This document shows, piece after piece, positions 14,297-26,740 of a stretch of 64,000 bases of DNA. The notes beneath the pieces were generated by a model, which ran no database searches, was not told where the DNA came from, and was given only the letters and a program-made list of their open reading frames with translations. The position numbers and the translations under genes are program-made. The DNA lies in the NCBI RefSeq assembly GCF_006345805.1, contig NC_043021.1:12276001-12340000 (forward strand), given 5' to 3'. Each line of letters starts with the position of its first letter. The first letter of the stretch is position 1. The DNA comes from Octopus sinensis. Its lineage: Eukaryota.

Positions 14297-14602
14297 TCTT
14301 CCTCTCCGACCAGGCTATCAGATGTTGTTACACATCGCTGGTCACAATGCGCTTCACATTGTTTTTTAGCCTTCAAATGACGCCACCCCGCTGGCTAAGC
14401 GAGCAGGCCAACAGAAGAAAGAGTGAGAGAAAGTTGTGGCGAAAGAGTACAGCAGGGATCGCCCCCCCCCCCTGCCGGAGCCTTGTGGAGCTTTACGTGT
14501 TTTCGCTCAATAAACACTCACAACGCCCGGTCTGGGAATCGAAACCGCGATCCTACGACCGCGAGTCCGCTGCCCTAATCACTAGGCCATTGCACCTCCA
14601 CA
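14297..14602 (-). mobile_element. Young CpG-rich tRNA-derived SINE nested in the microsatellite of a family A copy (13990-14160, +)
   Basis: Minus strand GTGGAGGTGCAATGGCCTAGTGATTAGGGC...GGTTTCGATTCCC (A and B boxes). Confidence 0.75.
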
Positions 14603-16326
14603 TATATATGCATATATATATGTATATGTATATATATGTATACATATGTATATGTATATATATATATATAATATATATATATACACATGCATATGTGGGT
14701 ACAGGATGTCACCAACAGTGCAAATAACATGAAATACGTAAACAAACAAGTTAAATACGTAAACAGCAAGAAAAAATGGAAAACAGGACAAATAAACACG
14801 TATGTATGTATGTGTGTAGATGCAGGCATGGTGTGGTTAAGATGTTTACTTCCCAACTATGTGGTTTGGGATTCCATCCCACTGAGAGAGAGGAGAAGAG
14901 GGAAACATTACAATTTATTAATTGAACGTGATTGACATAAACATTTTCCCCCTCCTCAGATGTATAAAGAGAAATATGTTCACACATAAACAGAGAGAGG
15001 GATAGAAAGAGGGATAGAATGAGAGAGATATTACAATATATTAATTGAACACGACTGGCATAAACACTTACTTCCTCATACACATAGACAGAGGAGGAGG
15101 AGAAAGAGAGAGAGAGAGAGAAGTGGGGTTGAAGAGAATGAGAGAAGCATTAAAACATTTGATGTCAAGTAAGTCAGCATCAAATCAGCAAAGCCAAATA
15201 GGTGGTGCCAAAACATTTCTAATTCAGTGGAAATGAAAAGGAAAAACCCAACACCAGGGTAAGGCCTATGGCCTGTCAGTCCAGAAGTTGCCTTCTGTTT
15301 ATTTGTTTAAGTAGGTACACGATCCGTCATCATCTTGCCAGGCCTGCCACAGCTTCACCATATTACTCAGTTTTGCTAGCTGAGTGCACTACAGTAACAT
15401 GAAATGAAGTGTTTTGCTCAAGAACACTATTGTGGAAGGATTCCGACCACTTCCATGTGACTAAAAGTGGACTGAGACCTTTCTATTTAGTAGACAACTG
15501 TTGGGTCATCAGCAGTTCACTGTGAGCCTTTGATATAGAGCATTGAGCCTTTGATATAGAGCATTGAGCCTTGTGTAATAGTAATGGTAGTGCATCGTGA
15601 ATATACCTTCTTCCCCACTGTTTTGTTATATTATGTATTCAATAGCAAGATATAAAAAAACACAATGCATTGTCTGGCCTAGGTATTGAAACTGCAGTCT
15701 TGCAATCACAAGTGCAACAGCCCAGCCACGCTAAGCCATGTTTCTCCATATGCAATATAGGTAGCTTTTAAAAATATTATCGTCAGAACCAACTTAGCTT
15801 GTGCTGGTCAAATCTGTCAGTGGCAAAGAAATATCTGGAACTTGTTGAATGAACAAATATAGGTATGACATGCCATGCCATGACAAGGATATATTTTCTG
15901 ACATTTTTTTCTCTCTCATTTTATTTACTTCAATGAGTTTTTTTGTATTTTTTTCAAAAAAAAAAAACATCTTTTAGGCCTTTATTGCCTACTAGCAATG
16001 CATCTCAGCGTTGCCCGGGTGTTATGACCTACAGCCACACTGTGTTATTTATTCCTTTCTCATGGCCAGAATCGGCACAGCTGATATATATAGTGAACTG
16101 GATTACTGGCATAACGGAAGTTATTGTTTGTTTAAAAGTGAAGGAGCGGAGGGTACAATTTGCATGGGTTTGCATGAAAGTGCTCCCTGTTCTTAAGAAG
16201 GATCACAGCTATGTATTGTTTCATGATGTACCTCTAGTTTCTGCACCAGTGGACTTCCAGTTTTTCTCAGTATAGATAGGCAGGAGTTTGGATTGAGTAT
16301 TACACAGGAAACACTAATATTCTATT

Positions 16327-16655
16327 CTTTTGAAGACTCCGCCGGTTACGACGACGAGGGTCCCAGCTGATATGATCAACGGAACAGCTTGCTCGTGAAA
16401 TTAACGTGCAAATGGCTGAGCATTCCACAGACTCGTGTACCCTTAACGTAGTTCTCGGGGATAATCAGCGTGACACAGAGAGTGACATGGCTGACCCTTT
16501 GAAATACAAGTATAACTCATTTTTGCCAGCTGAGTGGACTGGAGCAACGTGAAATAAAGTGTCTTGCTCAAGGACACAACGCGTCGCCGGGAATCGAACT
16601 CACAACCTTACGATCATGAGACGAATGCCCTAACCACTAAGCCACGCGCCCTCAC
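16327..16655 (-). mobile_element. Full-length tRNA-derived SINE with 11-bp target-site duplication
   Basis: A box TGGCTTAGTGG and B box AGTTCGATTCC on the minus strand; AATATTCTATT at 16316-16326 and 16656-16666; older related copy at ~30690-30900 (+). Confidence 0.85.
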
Positions 16656-17179
16656 AATATTCTATTAGAAACTAAACTATGTGTGTGTGTGTGTGTGTGT
16701 GTGCGTGCGTGTGTGTATATATATATATATATGTTATCAACAATATTGAAAACACTTAGTAGCGCTCAAATGATTTGAACTTACCCTTCAAAATCTTTAC
16801 TGACAACTAAGTTTGCAGGGTAAGGAGAGGCTATAAGAGGAATCCAGGTGAGGAGATATGGAGATATTGATGCAAATAAACATCATTCTCACTCTCTCTC
16901 TCTCTCTCTCTTCCTCTCTGTTTCTCTGAAAAAATGAACAGGTATGACATATTTTCTGATAATTTTTTTCCTCTTTGATTATTAAATTCTTTTACTTGTT
17001 GCAGTCATTTGATTGTGGCCATGCTGGAGCACTGCCTTTAGTCAAAGAGATCAACCTCAGGACTTATTCTTTGTAAGCCTAGAACTTACTCTATCGGAAT
17101 CTTTCAATGAACCGCTAAGTTATGGGCATATAAACACAACCAACATCAATGTCAAATGATGGTGGGGGGACAAACACAA

Positions 17180-17232
<53 letters not shown>

Positions 17233-17791
17233 CGATAGGCTTCTTTCAGTTTCCATCTACCAATCCACTAATAGGTCATAGGACCACATCTTGTTCCAAT
17301 GTCTTAGTTTTGGCATAGTTTCTATCACTGGATGCCCTTCCTAACACCAACCATTTTGCAGAGTAGGCAGACTGAATTTTGTTTCATGATACCAGCACTA
17401 AAGAAGTTGTCTCGCTCTTGGCATGGTTAAAGTGTCCTCTCAACCCGGCATTGTCTCTGCTTGATTCACCAGCCCCTCTACTGTGTGTACTGTGGGAGCT
17501 TTTTTTTGTGGCACCAGCAATTAGCAAGGTGACCTTGTAAACCACATACCCCAAAGAGCCTCCACAGCTAAAACAGAAAAAAGGAGAGAGAGAGAGAGTG
17601 ATGGGTTGAGGCAAGGTATCAAAGGAAGTTAAGGTATAAACAGGAAGAACACCCCCCACACACACAAATAGTAGAATTAGAAATAGAAAGTTCCCCATAT
17701 ACTATTATATTTTTGTAAAATTGAATCGGAATGCCTTTTCTGATAATTTCTTCACTCTAATAATTAAATGTTTACAAACATCAAATGATTT

Positions 17792-18195
17792 GTAGGAGTG
17801 GCTGTGTAATAAGAAGCTTGCTTCCCAACCACATGGTTCTGGGTTCAGTCCCATTGCATGGCATCTTGGGCAAGTGTCTTCTGCTATAGCCTTGGGCCAA
17901 CCAAAGCCTTGTGAGTGGATTTGGTAGACAGAAACTAAAATAAGCCCATCGTATATATACATATATGCATATACATATATGTGTGCGTGTCTTTGTGTCT
18001 GTGTTTGTCCCCCACCACTGTTGGTGTGTTTACGTTCCAGTGACTTAGCAGTTCGGCAAAAGAGACCAATAGAATAAGTATCAGATTGTAAAAAAAAAAT
18101 TTTTTTCAAACAGTACTGGGGTCTATACATTTAACAAAGAATTCTTCAAGGTAGTGCTTCTTGAATGGCAGTAGTCTAATGACTGAAACAAATAA
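17792..18195 (+). mobile_element. SINE family A copy
   Basis: Similarity to 1046-1434. Confidence 0.8.
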
Positions 18196-18905
18196 AAAAA
18201 ATATGTAAAAAAAAAAATAGATAAAGCAAAAACAGTGTTAAAAATGTATAAAAACAAAATTGTGGGATGATAGAAAATAATAAGTTTTGTACATCATTTA
18301 AATGGTAAGCAGATTTCTGTATGACCTAGTACATACGTGGCCCACAGATTAGCTCCAAACTAGGAAATTTACATCCTGTTTCATCTAGTGAGCCACTGGT
18401 TTAATAGATAAGGAAAACAATACCATCCTCAGTTCAACCATAAACGATTCCTAATTATAATCTAAAGCCTTACTGACTTTACCCGTTATTAATTTTGAGT
18501 GTAAGATTATTTAAAAGTAGTCACAGCTGGTTGACCCCTTTAAAAGTGCTAGACTATTTAGTAAGGAGTCATCAGTCTACACCGTCATCACTTGGTGCTA
18601 CATACTCTGTGTTCATGGTCGAAGCACTTAACACATTTGGTCTACTTCGCCATGCCATTTGGACTCTGTACTCACTGACCTCTTCTCCGTTACTCTTCAT
18701 TATATTCACTTCATTTCTGTGCTGCTTCATTCTTGAAGAAAATAGAACAGGAATTAAGGACTGGTTGGTGTTTGGGAACCATCCTATGTTGACAAATTGG
18801 TTCTTATCTGAACCACTGTGATGAACAATAGAAATTCCCTCTGACACCAACCTGCCACAGGGATCTTCTGATTCTATGATAGGAACTTTTGTTTTAAAGT
18901 GATGC

Positions 18906-19120
18906 TCTCTTTTTACTTGTTTCAGTCATTTGACTGTGGCCGTGCTGGAGCACCGCCTTTAGTCGAGCAAATAGACCCCAGGACTTATTCTTTGTAAGCC
19001 TAGTATTTAATCTATCGGTCTCTTTTGCTGAAATGCTAAGTTACGAGGATGTAAACACACCAGCATCGGTTGTCAAGCGATGTTGGGGGGACAAACACAG
19101 ACAAACACAAATATATACGT

Positions 19121-19181
<61 letters not shown>

Positions 19182-19348
19182 TATATATGACGAGCTTCTT
19201 TCAGTTTCCATCAAACAAATCCACTCACAAGGCTTTGGTCAGCCCGAGGATATAGTAGAAGACACTTGCCCAAGGTGCCACGCAGTGGGACTGAACCTGA
19301 AACCATGTGGTTGGGAAGCAAGCTTCTTACCACACAGCCATACCTGCA
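18906..19348 (-). mobile_element. SINE family A copy
   Basis: Reverse-complement similarity to 1046-1434. Confidence 0.85.
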
Positions 19349-19959
19349 TCTACAGTATATGTACTCATCCTGCACCTCTTACGTTAACTCCCTCTGCATC
19401 ACTCTTTTACCCTCTCTCTATAAGATGTAATGCATAACTGAAATGATCAATCAGTCAATGCTACATCGGCTATTATTAAACAGAGATTGATTTCAACTGA
19501 TGGATTCAGACTAAAATTCTTGCAATACAAATTCCAAATCAAAATTAATTGCTTAACTTCTTTCTTTCTTTCCTTTCTCTTTTTCTGTTTTTTTTTTTTT
19601 TGAAAAGTAATTTGTTGAACAATGGTTAAAGATAAAATTCAAGTGACACCACAGTGACACTATCTTGTATCTAATCTTGCTTTAATTTTGAATAAAGCAA
19701 AACAAATTGAATGGTTATGGCCTAATCTAGAACATGTACAACTACGAGAGAATCTGCGCTTAGAAAGAAAGAGAAGACAGACAGACAGACAGGCAGAAAG
19801 TTGTGGGATTATCAACAAATGTTTAACCCTTGCTTGAAAATTATCTACGACTACATTTTGTGTCAAGTCTTACTTTATCTTTACTTTCCTTTTTTATTTC
19901 TTTTGTTCTTTCTGATAATTTCCATTTCTAAACTGCAGAAAATGTTTAAGAGTATGAAT

Positions 19960-19994
<35 letters not shown>

Positions 19995-20096
19995 ACATCA
20001 TCGTTTTAACATTCACTTCTCCCATGCTTGCATGGGTCAGATGGAATTCTCTGAGGGAGATTCTCGACGACTGGATGCCTTTCCTGTCACCAACTC

Positions 20097-20417
20097 ATAA
20101 GCAGAAAGTGTAACCTCTCGAAAGAGCTGTTCTTCACTCCTGCTCCAGAGCGTGGGCTGTGGGGTCACTCCGAAAAGCTTTATCTACGACGATTTCATCT
20201 CAATCGAAGGAGAGGGGCTTTCTCCGTCCAGGTTGCGGATCTGTGGAATAAGCTGCTGGACGAGATAGTGAAGATGCCGACGACCGCTCGGTTCAAAGTC
20301 TCTCTTGACCAGAAATGGCCTGAACTCTTTGTATGAACACCCTCCCTGTACATAACTCCATGTCCCCCTACATGGCCTTGCTTTTGCTTTTTGAGCCAAA
20401 AAATTAAATTTAAAAAA
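20097..20417 (+). mobile_element. 5'-truncated CR1-type LINE 3' end with A-rich tail
   Basis: The frame ending at TGA 20334-20336 reads ...RGLWGHSEKLYLRRFHLNRRRGAFSVQVADLWNKLLDEIVKMPTTARFKVSLD (CR1 ORF2 C-terminal RGH..KL / FS.RV..WN.LP pattern). AACTC is duplicated at 20092-20096 and 20418-20422. Confidence 0.8.
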
Positions 20418-21417
20418 AACTCTCACCTGTTTCCAAGCAAGGTAATATTTCCCTCATAACCAGATATTTTCATTTTTTTTTAATGGATAACTGGAAATGA
20501 GGGAATCTACTTGTGTGAGGGTGATTCTTGTTTTTGCTTATAACTGTCCTATAATGACGAGACAGGGAGACATAAACACATACATATATTTATATATAGG
20601 GTAAAGACCCCCTTCGGTCATGAATGACCATGGGATTGCACCTAGAAAGTTACCCTCCGAGGCACAAGTCCAGGCAAGGTTGCTTATGGAAGGTCAGTAG
20701 TCGCCCACGCATACCAGCCTCCCCTCTCCACATCTTGGTGTTATCCAAGGGAAAGGCAGAGGCTGATACAGCTTGGTACCAGTGATGTCACAACTCTTTT
20801 CTACAGATGCGTGAACTAGAGGAAGGGGAAATAAAGTGTCTTGCTCATGAACACAACAAACAGCTCAGTTCAGGAATCAAACTCACTACCCCATGATTGT
20901 GAGCCCAACACTCTAACCAGTGAACCATGTATCTTCACATATATATAGATATGTGTGAGTTTATTTGTGTGTGTGTGTGTGTATGCTGGCTTTGGTGTGT
21001 GGAGGTGCTTATCTCTCCTGTTTGAAAACATAAGGACACAGTATGCTTGTGTCACCTGGCCAACTGGAAACGGTGTTTCCTGGGGCTAAATAGCAGTAGC
21101 ATTCTTCCCTTTGGTGGGACTGCCGCATTATGTTGGCAACAAACCATCACTTTATTGTGCTGCTACTGTATAAGTCTCTCTGAGAGATTTAGAAATGCAA
21201 TATTTCTAATTTTATACATAAATATATATATCGTTTAAGGTGAATGTTAAATGATGATGATGATGTATATAGTTTATAGATCCAATATAGGTAGAATCAA
21301 CAACAACAAAAATGCTCCATCCAATGAGAGATAAATATCAATTTGATACACAACTGAAAAAGCTAGTAATAGTTTCATGGCATGAAACTGCTAGTAGCTC
21401 TTTTGGTTATGTATTAA

Positions 21418-21452
<35 letters not shown>

Positions 21453-21518
21453 CATATAATATGTGACCACGTGTGTATCGTTGGCGATTTTTTTTTTCCT
21501 CCGTCTTCCTTTTCCTAT

Positions 21519-21553
21519 GTTTCTGACGAAGAGCTCCGCTTGAAACGTTAAAT
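21519..21553 (+). ncRNA. Minimal type I hammerhead-like motif in a ~200-bp Penelope-like repeat (approx. 21450-21650)
   Basis: GTTT-CTGACGA-A-GAGC-TCC-GCTT-GAAA-CGT-T-AAAT, with palindromic ACGT stem III. Confidence 0.45.
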
Positions 21554-22515
21554 CCTCTTTCTTTCCTGAGTGTCCAATAACACTATACTTGTTCCACATC
21601 CTCGCATTGTTATGTTTTCTCTTTGTGTTTTCATGTTTGGATTAACTATATATGTGTGTATGTGTGTGTGTGTGTGTGTGCACACACATACATATATATA
21701 CATACACCATGCACATGCTTGCACATCATGCATGTGCACGATGAGCTTCTTTCAGTTTCTGTTTGCGAAATCCTCTCACAAATCTTTGATCAGCCTTGAG
21801 CTTTAGTAAGAGACACTTTGCCGAAGGTGCCACACAGCACTTAAAAATCCATGTGGCTGTGAAGTGAGCCTTGTAACAAAACACGCCCAAGACATGCCTC
21901 TGCCTTTGCCTAAAGCTGAGCATTATATCAAATTATAAATCGGATGACGTGTTTGTCTAAACATGAAATACTAAAATAGAATGCAGTGCTATCCTCAATA
22001 AGCCTCTCCTGAGTCTCCTAAGATCACAACAGGTAGAGCTATCAAGTACAATGCCAATTAACTCAAACCATGTCTCAGCTAGCCTGCTACACCATGCACC
22101 ACCTTTTAGCAAAGCGCACTACCTGATTCAGGTTAGCATTACTACTAGCTGTGTCTTGCAGTTGGGTAGTCATCATAAGGAAGGGGCATCAACTGTGAAA
22201 ATAATAATAATAATAATGCTAATGATAATAACTGTTCATATCTCGGTGTCTTCCTGAAGAGACTGCTTTCCAACATGTGTGCTGCATAAACGAGACAGGT
22301 GTGTTGCGAAAAGTGAAATCGTTTGAAGGTCAGGATGATTGAAATTTTCGAGGTTAGTGTGTTGTGTTTAATTGTTAATGAAGCAAAAAAAAAAACTGTG
22401 TTGCCATTCTTAAAAGGTTTTGAAAGCTCTGTTGTAAACGGCGCACATAGGCATGCAACAACTGTGTGTGCATGTACATACATATATATATATATATATA
22501 TACATATGTATGTAT

Positions 22516-22890
22516 TCTCTTTTACTTGTTTCAGTCATTTGACTGTGGCCATGCTGGAGCACCACCTTTAGTCGCGCAAATCGACCCCAGCACTTATTCT
22601 TTGGAAGACTAGTACTTATTCTATCGGTCTCTTTTGCCGAACCACTAAGTTACGAGGGAAGTAAACACACCACCATCGGTTGTCAAGCGATGATGGCAGG
22701 ATAAACACAGACATACAAACATATACATATATACAATGGTCTTCTTTCAGTTTCTGCCTACCAAATCCACTCACTTGCCCAAGGTGCCATGCAGTGGGAA
22801 TGAACCCAGAACCATGTGGTTGGTAAGCAAGCTACTTACCATGCAGTGGGACTGAACCTGGAACCGTGTGGTTGAGAAGCAAGCTTCTAT
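22516..22890 (-). mobile_element. SINE family A copy (head partly duplicated)
   Basis: Reverse-complement similarity to 1046-1434. Confidence 0.8.
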
Positions 22891-24119
22891 TATCATTATC
22901 ATCATTTAACATCTATTCTCCCTAGTGGCATTGGTTGCATGGATTAACAGGATCTGGCAAACCGAAGTGCTTTGCACCAAGCACCAGTCTTCTGTTTTGG
23001 CATGGTTTCTATGATTGGGTACCCTTCCTAATGCCCACCCCTTTACAGAGTGTATTAGGTGCTTTTACGTGGTGGTGCCAGCATTGTGTGTGTGTGTATG
23101 CGGTTATCAATAATAAGAAAACCATAGCTCTTTGGCAAGGTCCTTTCTGATGTTTGTTCCTTATACAGTTACAGGCACTCCCTCATCACTCTCACCACTA
23201 ATGAACCAGTGATTTACCCATTACTGACTTGTAGCCAACAATTCTATTGCTCACCATTTGCATTATAAAATAGATAAAGATTAATGTTTCCAAAACCAAA
23301 TATGTTGCATTAATCTTTTAGTATTTTTAACTGGCCCAAATATCCTACCAGTTTTAAGTTCAAACTGGCCAGATCTGGTTTCTTATGCTTATCCTACAAT
23401 GTTGTTTTAAAAGTAAAAGTCGAAATAATGTGAATAAATAAGCATTACATTTGACAGAGAAATCTGAATGCTAAACAGTTAATAGATACAGTGAAATAAT
23501 TCTATTTGAGTCTGAGGTGAACAGCAGAAAATAGAGAAAACTGTACATTAAATATTTATAGCATGAGAAATTAGCTGAAGCAATAATTTATTAAATTGGA
23601 AACAAAACAAATTAATGAGATTAGAACAAGACAAGAAAATGAAGACCTTGGACCTCTTAGAATTTATAATTTTAGCAACTGTGGTAGGCTTGGTAAATTT
23701 TGGCTGGTTTATATTTTTATCCTGACCATTTTCTAGAAATGCCATGAAACTGGGCTTGTAGTCATATTCGTGACTCACATCATGTGAGTTTTGGTTAGGT
23801 GTTGAATTGGCAGAGATGTCAGGGTGTTGGGTGGAAGTGGTTCACTGCATTTCTTTCCAAATGTCAGTGCTCTGATTTCAAATTCTGCATGGAACAACTT
23901 TGCCTTTCATTCTTTCGGGGAGAGGTGGGAGGTCAGTAAAAAAAAAAAAAAAAAACGGCCTCCATGGTAGATTAGTAGAACTGTAAGACTATTGGACAGG
24001 GTGTGGCCTCGAGGTATTCATTCTAGTTACTTGCATTTTGAGTTCATATTCTATGATGGAATTTTGTGCAGTTTAATACTCTTCACCCAGCAGCTTTGGT
24101 GTATGTTACTAGCATTTTG

Positions 24120-25160
24120 GTCAGATCAGTTTATTACCAGCTTATTTCATCATCAGCACATTTTGTCACCAGGTCATTTCTTTGCCGGTTCATTTTCTTA
24201 CCAGGTGGTCAATTCATTACCAGCTCATTATACCACTTGATAATTTTGTTACCAGCTCATTTTATCATCAGGTCATTTTATCACCAGCTAATTTCATCAT
24301 CAGCACATTTTGTCACCAGGTCATTTCTTTGCCAGTTCATTTTCTTACCAGGCGGTTAATTCATTACCGGCTCATTATACCACCTGTTAATTTTGTTACC
24401 AGCTCATTTTATCATCAGGTCATTTTATCACCAGCTAATTTCATCATCAGCACATTTTGTCACCAGGTCATTTCTTTGCCAGTTCATTTTGTTACCAGGC
24501 AGGCCAATTCATTACCAGCTCATTATACCACCTGTTAATTTTGTTACCAGCTCATTTTGTCATCAGGTCGTTTTGTCACCAGCTAATTTCATCATCTCAT
24601 TTCATTGCCAGCATATTTTGTCACAAGGTCATTTCTTTGCCAGTTCATTTTGTTACCAGGCGGTCATTTCATTACCAGCTCATTATACCACCTGTTAAAT
24701 TTGTCACCAGCTAATTTCATCATCTCATTTCATTGCCAGCACATTTTGTCACAAGGTCATTTCTTTGCCAGTTCATTTTCTTACCGGGCAGCCAATTCAT
24801 TACCAGCTCATTATACCATCTGTTAATTTTGTTACCAGCTCATTTTATCATCAGGTCATTTTGTCACCTGCTAATTTCATCATCTCATTTCATTGCCAGC
24901 CTATTTTATCACAAGGTCATTTCTTTGCCCGTTCATTTTGTCACCAATCAGGTCAGTTTGTTTCCCAGCTCATTAATACCACCAGTTAATTTCGTCACTA
25001 GGTCATTTAATCGCCAGCTCATTTCGTCGTCAGGTCATTTTGTCACCGGCTAACTTCATCACTAGGTCATTTTGTCATCAGGTCATTCTGTCAGCAGCTT
25101 ATGACATCACCAGTTCATTCCATTGCTAGCTTATTTCATCACCTGGTTAAATTTGTCATC
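24120..25160. repeat. Higher-order minisatellite (~147-bp units built from ~16-bp monomers)
   Basis: Unit starts at 24252, 24399, 24547 and 24835; monomer consensus ~CCAGNTCATTTTRTCA. Confidence 0.9.
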
Positions 25161-26174
25161 AGTATCCAAAACAGAGCAACAGCTGTTTATTAAATGAATG
25201 TTGCTTTAAACAAGTTACTGAACTGGTGTTAAGGAATACAAGCTTTCTCTTTCTGCTAATATTAAAATGTAGGGAATAATAGAAACTGGAATGGCACATT
25301 GGAAATTAAATGAAACACTGACAATACTGAGATAAAATCCTTCCTTGTTTTTATTTTTTTGCCTTTGGTTTCTTTTGGTTTCTTTCCTTTATCGTAACAA
25401 AGAAACATACATAAAGTGACACTTGTGGAAGTTGATAGTTATGTGTGTGTGTATATATGTTTGTATATATACATGTGTATGTCTATATATGTGCATGCAT
25501 TCATGTATGTGTGTATATATATATAAATAAAACTTACATAAGCAAAATGAAAAGAAAATTATGTAAAAAAAATTATTCCTGGAATATATATATATTTTTT
25601 AAAAATTATCAAAAACACACATTCTGAACACAAAAATGACAAATAAAAACTAAGGTTAAAATAAAAATGAAATTTAGATATTAACATTTCAGGTTATGAG
25701 CAACTACTTTCGAGAAAATTTTTTGTTCAGAATAGTAATTGTCTGTGACAGAACAGCATTTGTCTATCACATTTCAAATGTGAATTTTTCACATCTCTAT
25801 ATTATTTTGTTTTTTAGTTGGTTTCTTCTCCTCGGATAAATTTTTGTAATATGGCACTTGTTTGGTTGGAGCTGTTGTGATGAACATATTCTCCATGATG
25901 GAGTCAAATAACGAGATAAACTGTGTGTTACTCTCATTATCTTTCCTATATCTCTGGAAATATCATCTTCATTTGTTTGCATTACATATTAAACAGCACC
26001 AGTTTAACCCTTTTGCTACTAAATTTCTATTGATGCACACTGGTTTTGCTTCAGTTAATTTTGAAAATAGTGAAAGATTCAGTAAGGTAACTGTCATTAT
26101 TAAACTAGTGTTTGGAACTTAAATATAAATGGAATTTTGATGGAAGATTTTTATTTATCTCAGGAGATAAAGTA

Positions 26175-26740
26175 TTGGGTTGTCCGGAAAGTTCATGCCG
26201 ATTTATAGTAACTTACTTTTTGACTTATTTTAGAACATGGTTGAGTCCATAAAATAGGATTTGACTACACCTCCATTTAGAGCACAGTTTAAGCTATCTT
26301 TTCGTGGAAGAAGGTTTATGTTCCTATAACCTGTGTTAATTCTGTAACCCTTTAAAATGAAAGATAAGAAAGTTCATTTTTGGCACTTGATGCTTTGGGA
26401 ACCAAACAAAAATTGCTGCAGTTCGGCTGGGATGTGTTACCCCACCCTCCATATTCATCAGATATTGCTCCTTCAGATTTCCACTTATTCAGGTCTCTGT
26501 AGAATAGTCTTAATGGTAAAAATTTCAATTCCTTGGATCATGTAAAAAGATACCTTGATGAATTCTTTGCCATGAAACCAACTTAATTCTGGGAAGAGGA
26601 TATTTTCAAGTTAAAGGAAAAATGGAGACGCATTGTGCAAGAAAATGGTTCATATTTGGTTGATTAAAAATGTAATGGCAAGTATTTATTGACCTTTTTC
26701 TTTCCTTTAAAAATTGGCACGAACTTTCCAGACAACCCAA
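26175..26740 (+). mobile_element. Internally deleted mariner (Tc1/mariner) transposon with both TIRs
   Basis: TA|TTGGGTTGTCCGGAAAGTTCATGCCGATTT ... AAATTGGCACGAACTTTCCAGACAACCCAA|TA (TA TSD). Confidence 0.9.
26357..26667 (+). pseudogene. Mariner transposase remnant (N-terminus fused to C-terminus)
   Basis: MKDKKVHFWHLMLWE, then in another frame KQKLLQFGWDVLPHPPYSSDIAPSDFHLFRSL*NSLNGKNF...EKWRRIVQENGSYLVD*. This is the mariner YSPDLAPSD motif, with two premature stops. Confidence 0.88.

Noticed and set aside
15978-16275. Open frame after TTTTAG, phase-compatible with the 4559-4594 mini-exon
   Set aside because: No convincing donor and no recognisable protein similarity; left unannotated.
16560-16655. 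tRNA-like sequences with A and B boxes (also ~14530-14600, ~29865-29935, ~51785-51850)
   Set aside because: They continue into shared SINE bodies and lack a complete cloverleaf; these are SINE heads.
18495-18850. Opposing 108-aa and 92-aa ORFs, and a YFAMPFGL (RT-like) motif in a third frame
   Set aside because: The motif is isolated between stops with no other RT motifs; likely chance.
21355-21405. Imperfect 18-bp hairpin AGCTAGTAATAGTTTCAT/ATGAAACTGCTAGTAGCT
   Set aside because: Three mismatches and a 3-nt loop in a repeat-like context; no complete ribozyme or miRNA pattern.
24066-25053. Overlapping ORFs and CRISPR-like periodicity in the 24-kb array; the same question for 61305-61498
   Set aside because: There are no unique spacers between constant repeats and no cas genes, and the DNA is eukaryotic. 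The ORFs come from a stop-poor repeat.
25797-25950. Minus-strand frame RYRKDNESNTQFISLFDSIMENMFITTAPTKQVPYYK... after TTCCAG
   Set aside because: Weak pyrimidine tract, no partner exons, no recognised homology.
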